A DNA stretch of 64,000 nucleotides from assembly GCA_028534125.1 (NCBI GenBank), contig CM052822.1, positions 58,900,001-58,964,000 on the forward strand. The letters run 5' to 3'. Position numbers and translations under genes: made by a program. Under the pieces are notes generated by a model, which saw only the letters and a list, made by a program, of their open reading frames with translations, was not told the origin of the DNA and searched no databases. Positions 1 to 11,260 of the stretch are shown one piece after another (position 1 is the stretch's first letter; the number at the start of each line of letters is the position of its first letter). The stretch comes from Lama glama. Taxonomy: Eukaryota.

Positions 1-499
1 ACAGGCTTTGAGGTATATATTCAGCTCGTTCTTTGCTCTCTGCCTGCAAAACACAAGCATCCTTCTGGCAGCATAGAGCTTTATCCCAAAGGTGTGAGAG
101 ATAAACAGTATTATTCTTTCTGGGAAACTTGGCCACAGATCTATAGGGGAAAAGAAAACATTGACATTCTGGCTTCTAAACTCAAAACGACCTGAATGGA
201 GCCGGCTCAGAGCTTAGACTTGTCTTGGCTGGAGTCTTTCTTCTGGTCGTACCTTGCTGGTTGTACACAAGAAGCCTGATCACTCGACTCTGCAGCAGCC
301 GGTTCCTCCGTGCACTTGGCCTTATTCGAAGCTTAGCAATTCAGAAGGTGTTGTCTGAGTTAACGTACATCGTGAAAGACAGATTACAGAAACAAATACT
401 TGTTAAAAATACAAGCTTTTACATTTTTCTCCTGCCGTACTCCATGCAGTTGTTTGACGCATCTTCTGGTTTCTTTAGAAACCTGTCAGGGATACAGGG

Positions 500-720
500 T
501 GTTGTAAGAGAAAGCAAACCTCAGCTTGAATCATGGCTCTGCTATGTACAAGCAGGGGACTTGAGGGAGGTTTTTTATTCTCTTCAAGCCTTAGTTTACA
601 CATCAGTTAACTGGAGAGAGTTTCTTGCCTCTCAGGAGTTTTGTGAGGGTTTAATGAGATGTGTAAAGGTTCAGAACAAGCGTGCCATAAAGCAGATCAT
701 CGATGAATGTTTCCTTCCTG
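500..720 (+). mobile_element. MIR SINE
   Basis: Core-like gaatcatggctctgct...aagccttagtttacacatcagttaactgg...ttgtgagggtttaatgagatgtgtaaagg. Confidence 0.7.
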
Positions 721-964
721 TTCTTCTCACAAAGACTTAATGAATTCATAACCAGAGCTTTCCCTGACTGTGTGGAGTGGCGCAGCTGTGCGGCGTGTGT
801 GTGCACGTAGCCCTGGCTCTGCCATGGAGACTCTGACCTACCCATTAATTCAAATAAATCAAGAGAAGGAGCTGTCCTCGCCTCCTCCTGACTAAGCAAA
901 AAGCTCACTAAAAGAAAAGCCACTGGCTTTTCCCTTTGTGTTTGGAGCAAGGAACCCTGCATCC

Positions 965-2520
965 TGGTAAGACATGGTCCTTGGTCTCAGTAAGCTCTGG
1001 AGGGAAGACAGGCATGTAAACAAACTGTAGTGTTGGGCACTAGGTGAGATAACAGAATGATTTTAAATGCTCAGAAGTAGCAGAGGTGGGAGTGGATGCT
1101 TGGGGTTATTTAGCTGGAGAATCAGTGATTGTGTGCCCTAGTTGCTGACACCTAAGCTGTGCTCTAAAGGACAAATAAGAGTTAGCAGTGTTGTAGGGAC
1201 AGGATGGGAGGGGTGGGAGGAGGAGAGGAATATTCTAGGTAGGGGTACCAGCAGGTACAAAGATGGAGACGTATGATTATATTCTGATGTGTCCAGGGAA
1301 CCATGAACCCTTTGGTGCTGGTGGAGTGTAAAGAGTGAGGAGTGGGGTGAGGCTGGAAACATAGATGGAAGCTAGTCTTGTGTGGGATGTACTGTGGACC
1401 TTCAGAGTCCCTCTCAGTGTTAGGAGCGTGACATGCTCACACTTGTGTTAAGAATGTTTTGGTCGAAATTGTAACAAACGAGGCTGGAGGCTAGAGAAGC
1501 AGAGACTGAAAGGGTAGTTAGGAGGAAGACTTCCAAATTCAGGGAGTGGTTGGGTTTTTCTGGTCAGGAGTTGGGGGTGACATTGAGTATAGGAGAGAAA
1601 ATAAACAGGTCCAAGGCTTGAGTTATTGGGCAGATTTTGACCTCCACCTGCAAGAGCAACGCTGAGAACAGATTCTAGGAAGATCATCGGTGGTCAGAGG
1701 ATTCATTGGAGAATCCTAAGAGAACACTCTTCTGGAAGCCGAGAGAGGGAGGAATTCCCAGGAGTCAGCCAGGGACAGGTTTTACCTTAACAGATCAGGT
1801 AGGTAAAAACTATGCAGTGATTCCATACTACTTAGGAATTAGTAAGTCACAGATGACTGTTGTCAGTGCAGTTTTATCAGCGTTGATTCAGCTAACAGCA
1901 GATTACAGGCGACTGGGGAGTAAACGTGGGCAATAAGGAATAGAATTAAAAATAGCCTGCTCTTCACAAAAATCTAACAGAACAGAAAAAGAAGTCCAGA
2001 AAAGTGAAAGCTGAAGGGTCAAGGTAACATTCTAAGGATGTCAGCAGCTTGTGTCCTTTGATAACTGTGATTCTCACTCAGAACTGGAGCTGAATGTGGC
2101 ATGGACAGTTGGAAAAGCTATTCAGTAGACCTCTTGTTTTCTTAGTGCCAATTATAGAATGTAAAACTCAACAAAATCATCTTGGCAAATGAGGATATAA
2201 AAGAGATGAAGTGAGAAGATAATCAAGGGGAAAGTGAGAAGCTCTGGTCTGAATTGTGAGGAGCAGGAACTCAGGAAGGACGCACATAAATGACTGAGAG
2301 GGCGGTGACCTAGAGGAGATGGATGAATGAAACGGCGCACACAGGTGGAGGGGGTAGCCTAGAGAGAGGAGGGCCCCTTGGTCACCTGAGACCAACACAA
2401 AGCTGAACACGAGTGTAGAGCGACATGATGCTGGCCTGGGCGGTGGTCCTGGTGCACAGCTTGGCAGCTCTCTGTGACCGCAGTCTTCATCCTGTACAAG
2501 TGGCATCTGCTGGCAGCGAC
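965..2520 (-). mobile_element. L2 LINE remnant(s)
   Basis: Long G/A-rich tract with antisense-L2-like phrases (gacatggtccttggtctcag, attctaggtaggggtaccagcaggtacaaag, gtgacatgctcacacttgtgtt). Confidence 0.6.
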
Positions 2521-2649
2521 GTCTCCCGGCAGCCAGGAGCGGGGCTGACGTTGTGGTTCTCAAGGGGAAAGTCGCGATCACTGTTCTGCTGTCCCATATG
2601 TGCTGGTCCCATTAATCCCAGCCTTTTGGGGAGCCCTCTGGACTTCAAG

Positions 2650-2788
2650 NNNNNNNNNNNNNNNNNNNNNNNNNNNNNNNNNNNNNNNNNNNNNNNNNNN
2701 NNNNNNNNNNNNNNNNNNNNNNNNNNNNNNNNNNNNNNNNNNNNNNNNNNNNNNNNNNNNNNNNNNNNNNNNNNNNNNNNNNNNNNNN
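2650..2788. other. Assembly gap
   Basis: Run of N. Confidence 1.
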
Positions 2789-5700
2789 GTCAGATGGGAT
2801 AGCAGGTGGGGCTGGGCAGAGTCAGCTGTAGCTAACAGGTCAGCGCCTCCTGAAAGCTCTTGCCCTTTAGTCCTTTGAGCACCTGGCTTAGGTTTGGCTG
2901 GTGAGCAGGTGACCTTAGAGCATCAGACTGAGACTGTTCAAGGTCCCTCAGCCTGCTGCTGTGGCCGCCTCCTGTGCATCCTTATTTCAGTCTTGGGGCA
3001 GTCACAGTCAGTTCTTGTCCGGAGTTAACAGGGAAGCCAGGATTCCCCGGGCAGCCTACATTTGTTCAAAAGCATCCTTTTCCCTCGTCTAGCATTTAAC
3101 GAGCTCCATACATTTCCTTCTCTTAAAACAGCAGCGGTTTACCTTCAATCTTCATTTTTGGTTTATTTTCACTTGTGCTGGGTGTCACCTTTTACTTAGT
3201 ATCCTGTCTAAAGAGATACTGAGGCACGAATTTGCAAATCACTTGGCCCATTCTTCACGTTTTTATTTAAAAGCACCAGTGGACACGGAGTGTGTGTCCT
3301 GTGCTATGACCTTGATATTACATTTCCTTATTTTGCATTACTTTCTTAGCTCTGGGGTATCTGGGTCATGCTGAGGGCACAATTCAGGAAGTTGTCCTAT
3401 TGGCCATGCATAGCAGGGGTCCAGTTAGTGCCTGGAAACCAAGTGCCTGAGTGAGAAGAGAATAATCATTTGAAGTTTCGGTCTCGTATCTAAAGAGTCT
3501 CGTATCAGATATTTGGAGGCTTCTAATTCACTGACATCCCCCCAACCCTTTTTATATTTCCAGGTGACTGGGTGTAGGACAGTGGTATGTGGGAGGAGTT
3601 GTGGACCAAGACAGGTTTGGGTTTGGGGTGGTGGGGAGTAGAAGGTCGGTCACCAGGGGTGGAACTCAAAAGTACAAATGACCTAGGAGGTGGCAGCACC
3701 TGACAGGGGGTTCCCATGTGGATCCCAGCAGGTGACTTGTAATGAACCAGTTCCCTAGTCACAAGAAACAAGACTAGAAAATGAGACTTCCCTTTGGCAT
3801 TTTTTTTTCTCTTTGATTATAAGTCCCCTTTTAGAGCTGCCTCATGACAAGAGAGGCAATGAGGAAGGCTTCTGGATGTCTGGAATTTGATAAATGGTGT
3901 TCGGTAGGTGCATGATGAACTGAAGGTTTGGCCATGTGTCTGTCCTTCTACCCTGAATGCCTTTGAAGAAAGTACCTCATTTCCTTCTTTCTCTGTAATA
4001 TCCCTTCTCCAGCCAATCCTAATGGGAATATCAACTGCCTGTTTCAGTAGAGGCAAAACTTTAATGAGAGAGGACAGGGAAGGTGAACAGGAATATCCCC
4101 GGAATGGTGGATCCCCATTGATTACCAGTTCCTAACCAAATTACACAATTAAGGCCAATGTATGTTTGAGTGAGAAATCCCATTCTGCTATCACAGAGGT
4201 GCTAATGAATCAGGCTGTTATTATAGTTGTGTTTGCTGGGCTTCTATCCTTAATTAAGCAATTACAGGGTCTGCTGATACTTACGAATTCTTTTCAGATA
4301 CTTTAATTGGATTGCAACTTAATGGTTATGTGTAAAGTGGGGTATTCTTTCTCTTGGGACTTCTCCATTTGAGTCTGTCTCCGCCGCCTACTTGCTTTCA
4401 CTTGGGTCCAGTTCCTGGAAATGGGTAGCTTGACATGAGACTTGTCTGGGGCTGCCCTACTTCTTCGCTTCCAGAGATATCATTATGAATTATTTGAGTT
4501 CATGTCAGAAGGTCCTGAAGGGTCACTCGTAGGAAAGTATTAGCACAATAAACAGATTTGGGGGAGTCTCTTTTAATGAGGCCAAGATTTTCACAAGGCT
4601 GCTAAAAGAATGGTCATCTTTGACAGGATGTGGATGGTGCCTAAACGAATCAGATAATTTCTGCTGTCTTGGATATCTTTTAGTGTAGTAGTTGAAACAG
4701 CCACATGGAAAACTTCAACAGGGAGAAACAAAATGGAGTTATGAAAAGTGTAGGCAACATAGGATGAGCACGCAGAGGAGACAACAATTGAGGAATGGAA
4801 GAGACTTCCCAAAGGAGACGACACAGGAGCATCCAAGAAGATATGGACCGTTTTCTTTTGCAAGCTGGGTGTGATTCGTCTAGGCAGAACAACTTTGCCT
4901 GTGTCCTCAGTTCTCAGGAAGAGTTGCCTAAAAGAAATGGATCTACTCATCTATCGTTTTTCCCTCTGCTTTTGTCTGGGCACGTAAACTCCTGTCTCAG
5001 CTCTCCTGCCTGCGGCCTCTCAGTGCTCTGCCCTCCGCTCCCCATCCCTGCAGGTAGACCATCACCCACTGGTCATGAGGATGAAAGTGCAAGCCTACAC
5101 TTACAGCCTGATTATCTTCCATCTTTAGATCATGAATCATCCCCAGAATGAGCCTCATCGTACTTGTGGGTCGTTCAATCGCATGGCCATTTCATAATTT
5201 TTTTTATATCCACTGGGCACTTTGCTAGGAATATTAAAATGCATAAGACGTAGTTCCAGCCTTCAAGCAAAGTAGTTGTATCTACCAAAGTACAGAATGT
5301 ATAGACATGAAGAAAAATAGTATCTGAAAAAGGGTAACGGGTAGGAGAAACAACTCAGATTTTAGAAAAATTATTGTTCTAACCCAAAAGTACAGGATCC
5401 AGAGAGTGGTGGAGCCAAGTGCTGGCTCATCCCTGCTCAGTGCAGGCCTGGAGTATGATAGTCCATCCAAGGACCACTCTTTTAGGAAGGACATCAGCCG
5501 ACTGTAGAAGAATCAGAAGTGAGTGACTAGGATGATCAGAGACCTAAGAAGGCCCAGTACCTGAGGACGAGTAGAAGGCATCAAAGGAGACTTCCAGGAC
5601 CCAGTGGAGTGTCTCAGGGTAAAAGAGGCAGGGATTCCATTTTTTTGAATAGTCATTTCAATTTGGGGGGGGGTTGAAACAGAGAAATAAAGAGATCAGT

Positions 5701-7775
5701 AAAAATAAGTTCGTTTGCCGTGGTTTAATGGCAGCCACAGACCTTGGAGCTAGACCCCTTAAAGACGAATTCTGGCTCTCCTGCTTCCTAGTGAATCATT
5801 TCCATCAGACTGGCCTGTTGATCTTGATGTGATGCTGGGACGTAGAGGTGAGGGAAACAGCAAGACCCACATGGCAGTTCTGAGCCAGTCTGTCCGCAGC
5901 TGAGGCAGAGAGAGCCCTCGCGGTGGCACCACTTCCCGTGGAGTTGGTCTGAGGGTGGTGCAGCCTCCTAATCGGGATGTTGAGCCCTCACCATCTCAGT
6001 TGGATTTCCTATGCCGAGAAAAGAGAGATGTGGATTTCTGTTTCTCGTTAGGCCCATTGGTTGTCTCTGGATGGATAGGTCAAAGGTAAGTGAAAAGAAT
6101 CCTCACCTCCTAAATCGTGACTTCGGCGTCTTACTATTGCCTTTTACTCTTCCTGCTTCGGTGTTCTTCGGTGTTTCAGAGTTGATGAGACCAGGGGACA
6201 GTATCTTGTGTAGGTATCAGGCCTGTCCTCTGCAGAGCTGACAAGAGCCAGTAGAAGGGTACAAAAGGGTCAGACCTGTGAGCATTTTCCCATGGGTTCC
6301 TTTTCCTTTCCTTCTCCCCCCCTCCTGCTTTAAGGTTCTTTCTGAGTATTAAAGATTCCTTAGTCTGCCTTCTACCTGGTGGGCATGAGGGGAAAGAATG
6401 GGAAGCTTACAGAATTCTGATGGCTGCTCTCTGCTGGAATGTTTCCAGTACAGCACCTGTCTCTGGATGTGCCCAGATGTCTCCGCTCTAATCCCATTCT
6501 TGTTGTGTCCCCAGAAAAACACATTTCAGTGTGGATTTTTTCAGTGCCATCTTGTCAACCTGTTAGCATTTCCTACCAGCCATTTAGTAGCGATGGTGAA
6601 AAGCAGCAGCATCCAGGATTGGGCTGCTCAGTGCTTCCCCTGCCCTGCGGGCATGTCTGTTTGGCCGGCCTCAGAGCAGAAAATGTCAGGACCTGCATGC
6701 AGGAGAGGGAGTGTAAATGGTGTGGTAATTTGAAATTAGAGGGAAGTGCTTTGAAATCTGGTAATGGGCAGCCCTGGGGTGAGCAGTGCATACTGTGCCT
6801 ATAACAACTTAATCTTGGTTGCTATGGGTACCACCTTTCACATCCCCCTTTCAAACAGAGATATAACTGGATTAAAAAAAAAAAAGTCTTCATCACTGAT
6901 AAGTATCTGCCCCCAAGCCTCAGGTCTTTGCTCACCTTGGGTTCCTTTCAGAAAAGTTTTCCCAAGGGTTCCCCAAACTAATGGGATGGATTTGGCAGCG
7001 CCTGATCCTGGCCCTCTGTATAAAACTGGAGTGAACGGCACTACAGGGGAGTTAAAACACATGTGGTGTCCGGTGTGGGCAGGCAGCCCAAGCACACTCT
7101 CCTGCTGCCCCTGAGGGGGCGCCACGGGTTTTCATTCAAGTAGCTAGATACCACTGGCCACGTCACACGCTTCCTCACAACCCGTGCACAAGGGCTCCGA
7201 CAAAGCCCACGGAGCTGCACTCAGTCTCAGTGCCATGGGATCGGTCCCAGATCCCGATGTAGGGCTGCCAGGCACAGACCTTGTAGGAGCAAGAACAGTC
7301 CGCAGAAGTTCCTTTCATATTTGGAAGGCACCTGAGACACAACTGCATTCTCTCAGTCTTGTTTGTTTGTCATTAGAGCTTTTTCCCACTTACTTAGATT
7401 ACCCACTTAATCCAGGCCTTGTAAGTTGTGGAGTTTTTTTTTTTTTTTAAACCACTCTTTGCCCATGAGGTCTCATAAATGAGATCTACATCTCTCTTCA
7501 GTGGCTTTCGATTTCCAGGGATACCGCTCTCTGCAAAGTTGCCTTACAGGCTTCTAAATGGACTTTGGAGAAACTTTCTCCAAAAGTTTCAGTTTAAGCT
7601 TTTTGGATTCCCTGTAGTTTTTTTCTTGTTATACTCATGCTTTATAGTAGCAGTCCTGAATAAACCCAGTAACCCCCATGCTTACCTTCACTATATGTAG
7701 GAAGATATTTAAATGGACTACTCTGTGGCGGGTGGAGAAGTTCCCATTTCCCTGCCCTGGTGTGCCTCCTTTTCC

Positions 7776-8059
7776 NNNNNNNNNNNNNNNNNNNNNNNNN
7801 NNNNNNNNNNNNNNNNNNNNNNNNNNNNNNNNNNNNNNNNNNNNNNNNNNNNNNNNNNNNNNNNNNNNNNNNNNNNNNNNNNNNNNNNNNNNNNNNNNNN
7901 NNNNNNNNNNNNNNNNNNNNNNNNNNNNNNNNNNNNNNNNNNNNNNNNNNNNNNNNNNNNNNNNNNNNNNNNNNNNNNNNNNNNNNNNNNNNNNNNNNNN
8001 NNNNNNNNNNNNNNNNNNNNNNNNNNNNNNNNNNNNNNNNNNNNNNNNNNNNNNNNNNN
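7776..8059. other. Assembly gap
   Basis: Run of N. Confidence 1.
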
Positions 8060-10599
8060 TGTATTTTAGTCCCTTTTTCCACAAACTGCTATTTCTTTTT
8101 TACTCTTGATTCTCATTGTTTGATTGGGAATTTTTAAATTCCTTTCCGAGTTTAGACCTATCTGTGAGTGCTACTGATTAGGATGTGCTGATGACAGACC
8201 AACCCTTCGTATCAAAATAGGCACAGTGCGGGGAGTGGTCTCTTTCCCTTTCACGTGATGCTCCGGGGAGGCAGCCTGCTCTGATGAGAGAGGAGGGAAT
8301 TTCTCCTCCACAGTCGGGTGGGCGGGGAGACACGGTAACAGATACTTGTTCTTGCTTGTATTCATGCTCGCATCCCTCTTTTCCCTAGTTGGTTACTCAG
8401 AGGTTATTCGTTAGCACCTGCTAGTGCTTGGCGCTGCACGGGGGGAAAGGGGAACTCGTATATGCCTTCAAGGAGCTTATTTTTGACAAGAAACCCTTAG
8501 CTTGCAGTGCAGTACAGCACATACTTAAATAAATGCCAGTAGTTAAGTCCTCTCCGGGGAACTATTCCTCTGGCAGATGGAAACTTCAGCACCTGGATAC
8601 GAAGAACCATGGCAGAAGTGCCCAGTCAAGGATGGTGGGCCGGGGAGGGGAGCCTTCCTGGGCGTGCGCATGCCCCGCTCTGCCTCAGCTGGGGCTTGGC
8701 TGGTTGCCGGCAGCGCGTCGGGGGCAGGAAGCAGAGCTCTGGTAGGTAGCTGTGCCTTCACGCCATTGTGCTCTTTCTTTGTGATATCAGATCTTGTTTC
8801 TCTGACGTCTTGTCACAGGGACCCTTCCTCTTGGTGAATTCTGACGTTTAAAACACATCACGAAAAACCCAGGGCAGTCACACTGGAAATAGTAGATGTG
8901 CATTCTGGGTAAGAAGGACAGGGGTAAGTAACAGGTTTTTTTTTTATCAATTTTGTCTTGCCAATCAACTCGTCCAAAGAACTTAAGTTTGAAGGGTTGA
9001 TGGGCACAACACAATTGATAAAGAATTGTTACTCACCTTTGTATTTCTTTTCTTCCATGAGGATGATCTCTGGTGCGCTCTGTGTTTATCAGTGGCTTCC
9101 GTGAGCTCCAGACTCCAAACTCGGGCCTTTGAGCCTCAATGTTGGTTTTTTGTTGTTTGTTTTTTTTTTTCCTAGTCTCTAGCTTCTTTTGATCTCTGCC
9201 TGTTGGCTGGCAAAACTTGTCCAGAACTAAGCTGTGCCTAACAAGGCAAGGATAGATCACACAGAGATGGGCGGGTCCCTGGAGACTGGCGAGTGGTAAG
9301 CAGAGCAGGAGTTGGCTGGCCCCACGATGAAGGTGCGGTCAGACACAGGTGCCTTTGGGTTGCGTGGTGGCAGGCGTCTAGATGGCACTCAGAGTGTCAT
9401 CTATAAATGCGCCATCAGGATGCCGATGGGAACAGTTGAGAAGCTCACAACAAGCCAAGGAATCCCACAGACTCTTTCATTTCTTCATTCCTTCTGTTAT
9501 TCATATGAAGGGCTGACTGCTGCCGGGACTCCCCAACCTGCTGGGACTCTGGAGGGAAGGGCTGACTGCATCACCCCAGTGCCGCCCGGCTGGCCCTCTT
9601 GCCATTCCCTGCAGCTTCCCACCCTGTGCCATTGGCTTCTGACAGAAACCTTGAATTAAGTGGGTTAGGAATAAACTGCCCGAATGCGTTTGTGCAGATA
9701 GCTTCTCTCACCAGCTATCTGAAGTGCTTTCTGAAATACACGGGAGCCCTTTGTAAGCTGCTTTATAAGCTGTGAGTCCATTGTTGCCGCGCTCCGCAGC
9801 CAGTGTGTCTGTAACCCGAGGACCGTCGGCTTGGCTCCGGGCCAGGGCTGGGTGTTGGAACCCCGCGCAAGCCGCAGGGCCGCCCACCAGAGTCACTAGC
9901 AGCTGTTGCAGGTTGGAGGATTTGCAGAAATTGAGATGGCTGTTCCCAGATATTGGCACTTGCCTGGTGATGAATGACCGCGTCTGTGCGCGGGGCCCTC
10001 TGTGCTTTCCTTCGGCCTTTTCTTCTCAGCCCCTGATTGTGGCGCCTGCTCAATGGCCCCGTTGTGGAGGAGGGCGGCTGAGCGGAGGGGTGAGTGGCCT
10101 GCCGCCTCCACCATTCCCTCCCTCCATCGGCCTGAACTGAGACATTAATAAAAGCTCTTTGATCCCCTGAACTGGTTCTTGGGGCAGGAATTTCATGGCA
10201 CAAAGCACAGATGCCAAGGGGCTGAGAAGCCAACCCCCAGAGGCTAGAGACATGAACTTCACCTGAACGAGGGCCACGTGACCCCCTTCTGGCATTACTC
10301 TGGTATCCTTTTGCCTGAACCCACATGTCCACCCCAGAGTAGCCAGGGAGGGAAGACCGAAGACCAGAAAAAGTCTGTTTTGATAAAGCCATTAATGGGT
10401 GGTATGTTCCTTTCTGATATGATTGCCCAAGAGTGAACTGTTTAGGGGTTTATGCCACTTTGTATAATTTCTTCTTATCACATACAGTCATGCATATTCA
10501 TGTATGCATATGCTGAAACCCGTGTTCCAGTGCCATCTCCCTCGAGATGAAACTGCAGGGAAACCGGCATGAATGACCTCTTTTAAGAGACTTGTACCC

Positions 10600-10826
10600 T
10601 CCCGACTCCAACCTCCGCCAGCTCTCTTGTGTCACCTGTTTTCTGTACTTGCCACAATCTGAAATCTTCTAGCTTATGTTTAAAATTGACTGTCTGCATC
10701 ACCAGAACATAAGATGCTTGAAGGCAGGGACTTTGTCTTGTGACTGCAGAACCCTGGTCCCAGTGTCGGGAATAGGCCTGACCCAGAGGCAGCCTTCCTG
10801 AGAAGGTTCTTGGATGAATGAATGCA
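10600..10826 (+). mobile_element. L2 3' end
   Basis: cataagatgcttgaaggcagggactttgtcttg...ttggatgaatgaatg terminal repeat. Confidence 0.75.
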
Positions 10827-11102
10827 CTCTGGTTCTGGGCTAACACCTTATTTTGAAATTCTAAAAACAAAATAACAATACTGTTACCATGGAGAGTGAG
10901 TGTTAGAGCCTCCACAGCCCTGAAATGGAAAACAGAGCACCAGACTGGGTGTCTTGTCTGGAGAACTGGATTAAAGCTTAGAACTACGCCCCCCCCCCTC
11001 CACTCCCCCCAAGTCAGATAGCCTCTCTGGGCCTTGGAGTTTTTTCATAAAGTGAAGGGATCAGATAAGTTTTCTCTAGTGTTCATGCCAGGTTTGAACC
11101 TC

Positions 11103-11260
11103 TAATAATAATAACTTTTACTTAATGAATATTACGTGCTGTGAATTGCCTCATTTAATCCTTACCACAGCTGTTACGTGGATATCATTACAATCCCCAT
11201 TTCATAGATGAGAAAGCTGAGGCTTAGGAAAGTTAATTTTCTTGCTGAATACAGGGCAGA
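11103..11260 (-). mobile_element. MIR SINE
   Basis: ctcatttaatccttaccacagc...atccccatttcatagatgagaaagctgaggcttag is the reverse MIR core. Confidence 0.8.

Noticed and set aside
225-740. 171-aa ORF
   Set aside because: Non-ATG start, overlaps a MIR, no recognisable domain.
7635-8137. ORFs spanning N runs (also near 2.6, 48.3 and 63.6 kb)
   Set aside because: Artefacts of translating assembly gaps.
9763-10392. 209-aa minus-strand ORF
   Set aside because: Low-complexity R/G/S/P composition expected from GC-rich non-coding DNA; no homology recognised.
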